IMG/VR virus record: IMGVR_UViG_3300027126_000148
Reading direction: 5' to 3' (one strand)
Length of the DNA: 64,000 nucleotides
Source: an uncultured virus (IMG/VR IMGVR_UViG_3300027126_000148)
Lineage: Duplodnaviria > Heunggongvirae > Uroviricota > Caudoviricetes
Below, piece by piece: positions 1 through 11,200 of this stretch. Numbering within the stretch: the stretch's first letter is position 1; every line of letters starts with the position of its first letter. The position numbers were made by a program, and so were the translations under genes. The notes beneath the pieces were generated by a model, which worked only from the letters and a program-made list of their open reading frames with translations, searched no databases and was not told the DNA's origin.

Positions 1-753
1 AAAATCACCAATAGTTCTTTTGGCGAAGGAGGCGAAGAATTCTTTGATATATCAATTACTAGATTAAATAACTCAACATTCACAGGCAATATAAAGAGTC
101 TGATTCCTGACAACGCAAACACTTATTTAATTCCTGTAAACGCCTCAACTTCAAACACAGAAGCCAGTGCTAAATCAGTATTTAACAATGTATTAAATGA
201 TGGGCTACTTAACTCATCTTTTAATGCTGTAAATGTAACTCCTGAAAATAATTTTTCTGAACTTGGAGTTAGCACCAAATCTGTTGAGATATTTATAAAT
301 AGAGAACCAAAAGACTTTACTGTTTATACTATAAATCAACAAACTACCAATTCATTGAGTAATGGTATAAATACTTTATTTTATGCTGGAGTGCCCGTTT
401 TAGAAAACGAGTCTTTGTCTGTTTCTTTCGCAATTGGAAACGTTAATAAGGCTAAGGCTATAAAAGTATACTGCTTTGCAGGAGAAGACTTTATTGCCAG
501 CGAAGTAGATAAGGCTCAAATAATTCCCGGAGATGATAATATTATTAAGGTCACCTTAAAAAATGTACCTTATGCAAATTATTACACTTATATTAACACT
601 TACGCTGCGACTGAATCAATAACTAATCCAAACTTCTGGAAGTTTAAGAGCCCAAAGAATTTAGCGTTTGCACATTTAAATTTCAGAAATAAATTTCCTT
701 TATATAATTTCCACATTCAAGCCTTAGAACTATCAATAGTAATAACTTACTAA
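1..753 (+). CDS. C-terminal part of a larger, probably virion/tail-tip protein (5' end outside window)
   Basis: Frame 1 is open from base 1 to the TAA at 751-753, so the 132-aa ORF call is truncated; N/S/T-rich composition; tail-gene context. Confidence 0.7.
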   Translation, partial: KITNSSFGEGGEEFFDISITRLNNSTFTGNIKSLIPDNANTYLIPVNASTSNTEASAKSVFNNVLNDGLLNSSFNAVNVTPENNFSELGVSTKSVEIFINREPKDFTVYTINQQTTNSLSNGINTLFYAGVPVLENESLSVSFAIGNVNKAKAIKVYCFAGEDFIASEVDKAQIIPGDDNIIKVTLKNVPYANYYTYINTYAATESITNPNFWKFKSPKNLAFAHLNFRNKFPLYNFHIQALELSIVITY

Positions 754-754
754 A

Positions 755-1453
755 ATGAAACACTACATAGTATATTTTATAAACGGCAGCTACAAATACT
801 TGCAGTCTTCTCTTAACTTAATGGACAACCTAGATAAGCTTCATCTTGTAGGAGTAGACTATGAAGTAGTCGATTATATCGTACCATTAGAAAAACACAT
901 TGATCAAAGCGTACTAGAACATAGAAAATTTTTACCTGATGGCAATTCAATATGGAAAAAAGAAGAGCTTATCAATAAAAAAGTAAAAGAATTCACTTCT
1001 AAAAGAAACGCTTTACTGCAAAAGCTTGATATTGATTTTATTATATCACTAGAGACCCCTAATAACAAACAAACAGAGATCATTAAAAAGAATAAAAACT
1101 TCTTAAGAGAACTCTCTTGCAGAACAGAGATGCATCATGTTCATGACTGCGAAAAGATTAATAAGTTTAACGCTTTTTATAATATAGTAGACATACAAAT
1201 CATTGACCCCGGTTATGGTTGTTCAGAACCTGTGCCTTCTGTTACTATAGCTCAACCTGAAGAAAGTGAGTTTAATTATGGACTAACTGCTTCTGCTCAT
1301 GCTATTAGAGGATCAAAAGGAGAGCTTCTTTCAATAACAATGGAAAAGCTAGGTAGTGGTTATATTTCAGATCCAGAGATTAAAATTAGCGGGTATGAAG
1401 CAGAAAACGCAAAACATCCTATAGTAAAAGCAGTGATTGGTAATATAATGTAA
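755..1453 (+). CDS. Hypothetical tail-associated protein
   Basis: 232-aa ORF abutting the upstream gene; C-terminal I-x-D-x-G-x-G and GSGY repeats typical of phage tail/baseplate proteins. Confidence 0.6.
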   Translation: MKHYIVYFINGSYKYLQSSLNLMDNLDKLHLVGVDYEVVDYIVPLEKHIDQSVLEHRKFLPDGNSIWKKEELINKKVKEFTSKRNALLQKLDIDFIISLETPNNKQTEIIKKNKNFLRELSCRTEMHHVHDCEKINKFNAFYNIVDIQIIDPGYGCSEPVPSVTIAQPEESEFNYGLTASAHAIRGSKGELLSITMEKLGSGYISDPEIKISGYEAENAKHPIVKAVIGNIM

Positions 1454-1456
1454 TAT

Positions 1457-2284
1457 ATGACGGATGTGCTATTTAGTTTCGGTGATGAGCATTTTTATTC
1501 AAATAATTTAGCTAACTGGTCTTCTATTAATTCAGGCCAAGAAATTGAAATAATGGGTAGCCCAGAGAAGTTCTCTGCTGTTCGTATTAATTCTATTAAT
1601 TACAATAAACCATTCTCCGTCATCTCTGAGTCAAGGATTAAATTTGATTCTAATGCAAAAGACTTGGTATTAGATGGTGATACTATTGATTGCTATTTTA
1701 AAACTTATTATGTTGCGCTTATTAATGATGTTATTGAGAAAGGTAGTGGATATAAAATCAATGAAGTAGTTAGTCTTTCTAATAGCTCTTATTTTGAGAA
1801 TAGTTTAGACAAGAAAGAAAAAGCTTTATTTAAGGTCATCTCTATAGACTCTAATGGCGGCATCTTAGAATTAAATCTAATTAGTAAAGGCAAATTTTGC
1901 CAAAATTTTAATGAAGCAGAAATAGAAGGCGGCTCTGGCAAAGGAGCCAAGCTTTCTGTAATCTTGGGCAAAAACAATAATAAAGAACTTAAGTTCTTTT
2001 CTGTGTTAGATGTTAAGCACGAAGGTTCATTTATAATCGCAGATTTAAACGAAAAGATTAAAGACCCTTTCCTATGTGGCGAAATATACATAAAGAGATA
2101 TCGTATTACTTTAAATAAACCAATAAATAAAGAATACTCAAGTCATCCCTTTATTGTAAAAGTAGAAAAAACTCCATTTCTAAATCTTCCTCTAGCTAAA
2201 GACAGCAACATAGAGCAAATCTATAATCAGGCTATACTGACTATAGACTCTAAGATTAAAGAATTATCTACTACCGTAAAGTAA
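1457..2284 (+). CDS. Hypothetical tail-associated protein
   Basis: 275-aa ORF with VIEKGSGY...GGSGKGA motif; 3' end overlaps the TMP 3' end convergently. Confidence 0.6.
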   Translation: MTDVLFSFGDEHFYSNNLANWSSINSGQEIEIMGSPEKFSAVRINSINYNKPFSVISESRIKFDSNAKDLVLDGDTIDCYFKTYYVALINDVIEKGSGYKINEVVSLSNSSYFENSLDKKEKALFKVISIDSNGGILELNLISKGKFCQNFNEAEIEGGSGKGAKLSVILGKNNNKELKFFSVLDVKHEGSFIIADLNEKIKDPFLCGEIYIKRYRITLNKPINKEYSSHPFIVKVEKTPFLNLPLAKDSNIEQIYNQAILTIDSKIKELSTTVK

Positions 2285-5200
2285 TCCTCCGGGTCTCTTT
2301 TGCTCAACCAAGACTTCAACAACTTTGCTTCTAAGTAGTTCAGCAAGTTTTGCATTGTTTTGAATGTTGTTTTGATTGGTATCTTTACCTTGCTGGGTAG
2401 AAGCATTAGCCTCAGAAGTAACTTCTCCGCCTTGAGTCATGTTGATTGAAATGTTATTTACTACAGACATTCCAGATTCTTGAGCAACTCCAGCGGCTGA
2501 AATTTTGCCAGACTCAGATTGAGTTATTCCTGTGTCCTTTGAAAGGTTTTCATTTAAAGTATTAAGAGCAGTGACCAATTCTTCTACACTGCCTTGAGGA
2601 GTATTTTGACCAGTGTAACTTGTGCCAACCATCCCTCCACTAGCATACTTAGGAAGACTGCCAGAGTTCAATTGACCCATGAAGTCTCTGCCGTACATAT
2701 CGACAGCTTTTTTATTCATGACATACTCGCCGCCCATTAACAAAGCAGGAATATTATCTTTGCCTGTGTATCCACCACCAGCAAATTTAGGTATATAACC
2801 GCCATTTGCTCTTCCATTTCTTGCGTATTGAGCATTTAATTGATCTTGACTAAATCCTGCACCTCCGGGTTCTAATCCTGCTCCGGGAATATTAGAAAAC
2901 TTGGGCTTTGCATTTAATTTTTGCGCTCCCATTGTCAATCCAGCAGCCCCTAATTGGACAGCGGCAGCAGTTACTCCTGAATAGAAGGTGCTATTTACTT
3001 GATTTCTATAATTCTTAAGAGCTTGTTTTTTATCTCTTTCGAATTGATCTCGGTCTTGTAAGTATTGATCTAACTTATTAAAACGATCTTCTCTTATTCT
3101 ATTTTGAGGATTGTTTTCGTCAGAGAGAGCCATTGCTGACAATCTAGAGTCTACTGCGTATTCTCCAGAAGTTGGACGCTCAGGATCATTGTACAAAAAT
3201 TCATTCTGCAATGGACCTATAGAGAATCCTCCAGTTGCATATTTAGGAACGAGACCGCCATTTAAAGCTCTTAGATAATTAGCGCCATATTTATTAACAG
3301 AAGACTTCTTGATAACGTACTCGCCGCCACTCATCATGGCAGGTACATCATCTTTCATTCCAGAGCCCCCAGTAACCATACCTCCAGAATTATATTTCTT
3401 TATTTCACCACCATTTTTAAGTCCAGTAGCGGCTTTACCAAAAGCAAATAAAGCATCAACGCCCATTTCTAAAGACTTATCAAGCATTCTATTTAAGATG
3501 CCTTGGAACATGTCTCTAAAAGCATCCTTAAGAGTCTTAGTACCTTTGATGGCTTCACCAAATGCACCAGCAATTCCAGACTTGAAATCAGTTTGGAATG
3601 TGTCTATCAATTGCCCAGTATCCCTAGCAAAATCTGCTCTATTATAAGTAGTATTTTTTTCAGTGATAGCTCCTATATCTACATTCCCTTGGCGAGCATT
3701 ATTTTCAATTTTAGCATTGGCAAAAGCCGCTCTTTCGTCTTTGAAGAAAGTCTCTCCATATGAACTTTCATAATATAATTTATACAGTTCTTCAGCAGCT
3801 TTACCTTCTTGTTCTAAAGATTTTTTTCTTAATTTAACTTGAAGATTTATAAGCTCTTGTCTTTTTTCTGTAGAAGTGACATCTTCTTTTAAGAGAGAAT
3901 TTACTTTTTCATTTAAATCAAGGAGTTCTTTGCTATCGTCTAGCCTAGTAAGAAGAGCTTTATTTAGATTATCTACATTGGCTCTTGCTTGAGCTAATTG
4001 AGGAGATACTTCTCGTTTAACAACTGGCGCATCTGCTAAACCATACTGATCGATAATTGATTGCAATGGAGAAGGAGGAGATGCTGTAGGAGTACCCATT
4101 AAAGGAGGTTGTTTATCTAAATTCCTTTTTTCTGCTATCTTCTCCAATAAAGACTTAAGCTGCTCGGGAGCGAATGGAGTGTTGAACTCTTCACTTATCT
4201 TTTTCGATTCTTGATCATAAGTTTGATATACCGGCTCAACTGGTTTTTGCTCACTAAGAGTAATTATAGATTTAGCTCTTTCTTCTGTTAGAGTTTGCTT
4301 TCCATCTTTAAAAAACTTTACTTGCATGTCAATAGCATCTTGTACATCTTTGAGAGTGACTTCTGAAGTCAAGTCTCCTCGAAATTTTGGCCCACGACTA
4401 AGGTCGCCTGTTAAGTTATTGTCAGGCGAAATATAAGCGTTTTTGGTTAATGCAGTTACTAATTCAAAAGATTTAATATATTTTTCTAACTCAGGCACCG
4501 TTAAACCTGTATCATTTGCAATCGGCCCCTTCAGACTTTCAGGAGAAGGCGGAGGAGTTGCGTTTTCTCTAAGGTCTTCTGATTTATAACCTTCTAGTTT
4601 TTTAAGCAGTTTTCCTCTTTGTGCAGCGTCTATAGTGCTAGGGAGTAAATTACTTATGTCAGTTTCGAGAGAGCCTCTTTGCGTGGAAACGCTGAGTTTA
4701 TTAATGACTTCTGTTAAAGACTTAGTTAAAGAGGTTAATTTGTTGCCCACTTCTGTTTGTATAACATTTTTAAAATTATTGTTTATACTAGTTGGTAATT
4801 TATTTCCTAAAAGATCATTTTGTTCTTGAGTTAAAGCATTTAAAGCTCTTGCCTCTTGCTGCAATACGTCAAGATAATTTCCCATGTTTTCTAACTTAAA
4901 TTGAGAAGATATTTGATCTAAAGCAGTTTTCACTGCCCCTTCTTTAGCCATATCAAAAGCTGTACCCAAAGCAGTGCCTTGTGTCGATTTTCCTGTTTGA
5001 ATTTCAGTAACATTTTTAGCTAAATCTAAACTGTCTCTTATTTGCTGCACTCTGCCAGCAATTGCTGTAGCTGCTAATGGATTTAAATCAGAGGAAACTT
5101 GTTTATTAAAGCTTTGAGCGTCTGCAAATCCAGCAGGAGCTTCAGTTGCTCTATTTAACTGTAATTGATTAGTTAATACATCTAAAAACTTAAAAGAAGT

Positions 5201-8200
5201 AGACCCCTTTTGAGCGGCACTTCCAATAGCATTAGTTTGTCTAAATTCTGAAACTAATTCAGAAAGACTATCGAAAAGATCAGATACCCCAGACTTGCCA
5301 GTTGAACCCAAAGCTTGGGCACCACCAGCAAAAGAGAGCCTCTGGTTTAAAGCTAATGATTGTTTTTGATATTCTCTAGAAGCTTTTTGAATATCTAAAT
5401 CTATATCATTTTGAGCTTTAATTTCTGCAAGTCTATTCTCAAATTCACCAAAAGAAACTTGAAGAGACTGAATTAAAAGATCAGCAGCTTCAGTTGTGAA
5501 TGCTTTTCCCGTTCCTGTATTATTTATTATTGATGTCCTTAATGACTCTCTTGTGCTAGAGATATCTTCTCCTCCATTTATATTCTTCAAACTCTGAGTG
5601 ATGACAGGAGTCAATAGGTCTATTTGCCTTTGGAAAACCGCTCTTTGCTTTTGAATATTGTCTGTGCCTGTAGCTCCTTCTATAGCTGGGACTATTTTTC
5701 CTCTAGCTTCTTCGACTTTTTTAGTTATAGAGTCCGAAAGAGAATCAAGTAATTTGCTTGTAGCGTCTCTTATTTGAGAATTTTGTCTTACATTTATTTC
5801 GTTAATATCTAGTTGATTTTGGATATCATTTTTTGTTCCTTCCCCGACAAAAGGAGTAAAAACATCTAAAGCTCCTTTAACTCTTGCCCTTTGAGTAGAA
5901 ACTTTGCCTTCTGCTTGAATTTTATTAATTTCCCTAATCGTTTTAGCGCGATTTTTTTCTATATCTATTTGGTTAGATATTTGTAAGTTAATGTCATTAA
6001 ACTGTTCATTTAAGGACTTAAGAGATTCAGCATTAGCATTTATTCTTTTCGTATTCTCTTCTAAAATAGAGCCAAGTATCTTTAGTGACTCACCATTTTC
6101 AAAGATAGCAAGACCTGTTTTTTTAAGTCTATTAAAAATTGATTCAAGAGCAGGGGCATCAAATTCTTTAGCCGCTTTATCAAGTTCTTGAGATATAGCT
6201 TCAGAAAGGACTCCTTTTTCTTGTAGTCGAGCCCTTATTCCTCCTATGGACTGTCTATTTAAAGCTGGCTCTTCTCCAATTTTTGTGCCAAAAGGAATTG
6301 GATTATCTTCGCCTCCTGTGCTATAAGTATTTTTAGTAGATATAAGTTCACTCTTTAATGAATCAATAAAAGAACCAAAATCTTTTCCACTAGTAAAATT
6401 TTTACTAACTGCCACCTGATCTATAGAAGCAGAAAATAAATCATCTAGCAGTTTTTGATTTTTAGGAGATACGTCTTTAGTACCAATAAAGGCAGACTCT
6501 TCTTTAATGATTTTACTGATTAATAATTGTCTTTCTAAATTTTTTTGAGTATTACCTAATTCTTTGTTGACTCCAGAAATAGCTTCTGCAACTTTTGTTA
6601 TATCTGTTCCTGCTTGCAAAACCTTACTTTTAAACTCCTCTGGAATAGAATTTAAAGCATCTGTTAAATTATTTTGAAATCTTAATAAAGCTTCTGGCCT
6701 AGTCTTAGGATCATTTAAAGCATTTTGCAAACTCTCTAGGGAAGAGGTATAATTTTGAGCAGCACCAGAAAATTCAGCAGCTTTTTCTTTTGTTTTATCT
6801 AAACTGTCATTTATCTTATCCACCGCTTCTTCTGCTTTAGCGTCTGAAATTTTCTTTAAAGCAAAGCCGAATCCAACAATAGCACCAATAGCTACTCCGG
6901 GGGGACCAAATACTGCTCCAGTTCCAGCATACTGAGCTATATCAGAAGCTCCAGAAACATATGCTTTAGCTTGTTTATTCTTTTCTGGTATGAACTGACT
7001 GCCAACACTTAATAAAGTACTAGCACCTACTGCTGCTCCGGGGCCAACAGCTTTTAATAAACCGCTTAATTTTGAATTTTGAGCAAACATCCCTTTACCA
7101 AAATATGGAGAATCTACTGCTGCTACTGCACTTTTAGACTCCTGCAATGACTGTCTTGCGGCTTTTAATTTTTCTGCTGTAGCTTTTCTTTCTTGTGCGA
7201 GTTGATCTCTTAACTCTTGCAATCTCGCTTCTTGTTGTGTACTAGCTGCCACTGTAGATCTTGTCATTTTACGGGTCACTGGGTCCATTGTAAATGGCCC
7301 ATATGCTAAGGGAGCAACTGAAGTACCTGTTAATTTTAAAGTCTTTTTATTTACATTTGTAAATGTATTTTGAATTTCGTCTGCAATGTCTTTTTCTTTC
7401 TTTCTGAGATCTTTTGGAATTTGCCCTATTTGTTGGGCGTAAGAAGCTGCGGCAGAAGTGTAGTCTTTCTTTAGATTTTGATTAGTTGTTTTTAATTCAT
7501 TAAGAGATTGAGCCGCTTGTTTAACAGAAAAAATTAATGCAGAAAAAGCGGCAGTCATAGCAAACAAATCAAAACCAGAAGTTTCTGCAAAATTAGGAAT
7601 ATGTCCTTTTGCAGACATTCCTTTTGTTTTGGGATTTATACCAGCTTTCTCTGCTAATCCAATTCCGTTATTAAGAGAACCTTCTGTGGAATTGTAAACT
7701 CCCAAGCCCATTGGGTTGAAACTTGTTTTTAATTTGCTGCTTTGACCTAATCTAACTTGAGAAGAAGAATAACCAGCAGCCATTTCTCTTCCCATAGCTT
7801 CTTTAACTGCATTAAAATTAGGAACATGACCTTTAGAAAAAGTATCAACTAAAGTATCTATATTGATATCTCCGTCAAGAAGGGCATCAATTAAAGACTG
7901 TTTGTCGTTTTTATAAAGATCTTTAATTTTATTTTGAACTAAATATAAAATATGTTTACCAAATACCTCTTCTTCATCTATATTTCCAATATAATTACGA
8001 TTTGAAAATTTTAAGTTAGTACTTTTAGACAACCCTTTCTGTCTATAGGATAATTGAGGGAAAGCTATTTTAACTATATCTTCAATTGAAGTTTTTTCTA
8101 AAGCATAATATTTTTCTCTATCTTCTTCTCTTAAAAGATCATATTGTTTTTGAGGAACGATTTTCTTTAATTTATCTTTCTGTGGTACGATAGTAGAAGA

Positions 8201-11200
8201 ATAAGAATTAACTCCTAGTCGTTTGGCGGTCTTTGAGTATCGGTCAAACATCTCTTGACCTTGGCCTCTTTTACTAGACTCAATATAATTAATTTTTAAA
8301 CCATTTTCATAACTACCTGTGTTTGGATTGAGAAATGACCCCGGATAATAGTTTAAAAAGCTGCCTGTTTCAGGATCAGTTAATGTTCTAAAATTATTCT
8401 TTTTATCTTTTTCGAATTGCTTTCTTTTCGTTAATTTATAAGCAAAATTAGGAACATGACCTTTAGAGAAAGTATCTCTTAAATCACTTATATGAATATG
8501 CCCATGTAAAACATCTTCAATAAAAGATTGCTTATCATTTCCATAAATACTTTTAATTTTATTTTGTATTTCGGAAAGAATATTCTTACTAGAAAATTTT
8601 TCAAATTGTAAAGAACCAGCGTAATCACGATACTGTAATTGTAAGCTTGAATTTTTAGATAATCCTTTTTGTCTATAAGATAATTGAGGATAAGCTATTT
8701 TGGCAACATCACTTATTGATAGTTTTTCAAGAACAGAATAATCTTCCAGTTCTTTTTTACTTAACATTGTGCTTAAACGATCATATTCTTCTTGAGGTAC
8801 TATTTTTTGTAAATTCTCTTTTTGAGCTATAATTAAATCAGAAAACCCTTTAACGCCTAATCTTCTAGCCATTTTTGAGAACCTATCAAACATCTGCTGT
8901 CCTTGACCTTTCTGATAAGATCTGATAAAGCTTATATTTAAAGATTTTTCATCAGATTTTGTTTCTGGATTAAAATGACTTCCCGGATAGTATCTTAGAT
9001 AACTATTTGTCGAAGGATCAGTAATTTCTCTAGTTGCTGTTTTACTAGCTGTTGGTTTATATATTTTATAAGCAAAATTAGGAATAAAACCAGAAGCTAA
9101 AGCTGGCAAAGATCCGGGAACAAAACTTGGTAATCTTGTTCTTAAAGCATTTAAGAAAGCTCCCGCTCTTGCTCCTCTATTTTGTCTAGAAACAAAGCCT
9201 TGTTGGCCTCTAACTGGAATTCCAGCTACAGCATTTGGGTTCTCAAGACTAGAGAAGAATGCTCCAGAATCACGATTCAAAGAAGCTAATCTTTCCAACA
9301 TCTCTGGGCTTGCCATTTCGGGATCGAAGTATTTATCAGCAAGCCAGTCTCTTAATTTTGGAGAAATTTGAGCAGTCTTTTCTCCTAAGCTTGAAAATCT
9401 AAAGTTAAAAGGTTTTGGAGCAAAATTAGGGATAAAACCTAAAGAACTAGTTTTAAATCCGCTTGTAACGCTACCGGCTTTGATTTCTTGCTCTTTAAAG
9501 TGATTTCCTATTTCCTCACCATATTGCTTCGTGACTTTATCAATAAATGATCTTATGGCCTCATCATTATTTTTTAATTTATAATCTCCATATTGATCTG
9601 TAAATCCGGGGAAAAGCTCTCTTACGTTTCCAATATTTCCACCTCTTACGTCAAAATCTCCTCCAACATTACTTTTATCTCTTGTATAATTAGCAGCTAA
9701 ATTTGTAGAAGCTTCAAATATTGTACCAGCTAATACATTGTAATTTTTACCTGCTGCCTCAAAAAACGTATCGACAGAACTATCTGAATATTCTCCGGGT
9801 CGAATATAATTAGCAAGATCTCTAGTCACTTTACGAGAAAAATCTTTTGTTTTTTGAATTAGTCCAGTCTTTTCTTCGTTTAAAGCTGAAGCATTTAGAG
9901 CATAAGATTTAATTCTAAAAATTCTTCCAGAAGTCTTTCTTTTAGTGGACATCTCTCCTATCTTTTCTTCCAAATCATCTTCATTAATATCCCTTTCTGA
10001 ACTCTTTTGCATTGCGTCAAAGACAAGCATTGAAGCGGGAGGGATATAAGCATTATAAACTTTTTTTATTCCTTCTCCGATAATGTCTTCGCCTTCTATT
10101 TTTTTTCCGGGAACGAAGTCTCGTCTAATAATCTCTACATCTGATATAGCTCCAGATTTCCATCTTGGGTCAGTCTTTAAAATATAATCTGGTGCATATT
10201 CTCTTAATTGACCATAAGTTGCGCCTCTTTTCAAAAAAGCATTTAAGTCGGTTGCGGTAAATTTTTTTTCATTGCCATTTTTATCTTTCTTATAAAATCT
10301 TATTCCATCAAAACCGGATACATCTCCTGCTGCATTTGTTATTTTTATTTGACTCAAAGGAACTGGAAATGGATTTTTGCCACCGTCACGAAACCATTGA
10401 TCATCCCCGTATCCATAAGGATTAGTAAAATCTGTCCCAGCAAAATTAGGAACGAATCCCCTAGCTTTATAAGGATTTATTCCATTTTTAGCCATTGACT
10501 TAGAAGTCAAATTTCTTGCTGCGGAACTCCCTTGAGGAGGCAATATATAAGGTTGAGCAAATCCGGGGACGTATTTAACTGTTTCGGCGCTATTCATTAC
10601 TCCGCCAATTGATTTAGGAGCAGCGACTACTTTACCGGGAGCATAGCCTCCCTGCATTGCCCCTACTATTTCGGCAGCTTGTTGTTTAGCGGGAATATAA
10701 CCTCCAGCGCTATTTCTTCCTTGTATTAAACCAGTCTGAGGACTAACGGTTAAACCTGAAGCTGAAAATCTTGCAGTAATATCTTTTGAATTGTCTTTGA
10801 TAGACTTTGATATTGCCGCTTGTTCAATTAAAATTTGTTTAATTTCTTTTTCGACTTGAAGACGGCTTTTACTACCAGCTATAATTTGTTGAATTAACTG
10901 AGGATTACTTGAAAGAATTTTACTTATCTCTCCTTGAATGATTGCTTGATCTTTACCTACTCCTAGAAGATTTTTAGCTGCATCTCCTGCGAAACCAGTA
11001 AAGTTAGCTATTAATTTTCCAATAGCCAAAGCTCCAAGGCCCAATCCGGGGCCAGTGATAAAATCAGTAAGGCCAGTTAGCAATCCTGTAGCAATTTTAG
11101 CTCCAACGCCTTCTACTTCTTTATTATTAAAAGATTCTAGAGCAGGATTAACAATGTTACTTAAGACCTTTCTTATTCCGGGGGCTATGCTTACATTTCC

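Noticed and set aside
1448..1456. ATGTAATAT as a late promoter
   Set aside because: It is the Met-stop end of the upstream gene abutting the next ATG, so probably coincidental
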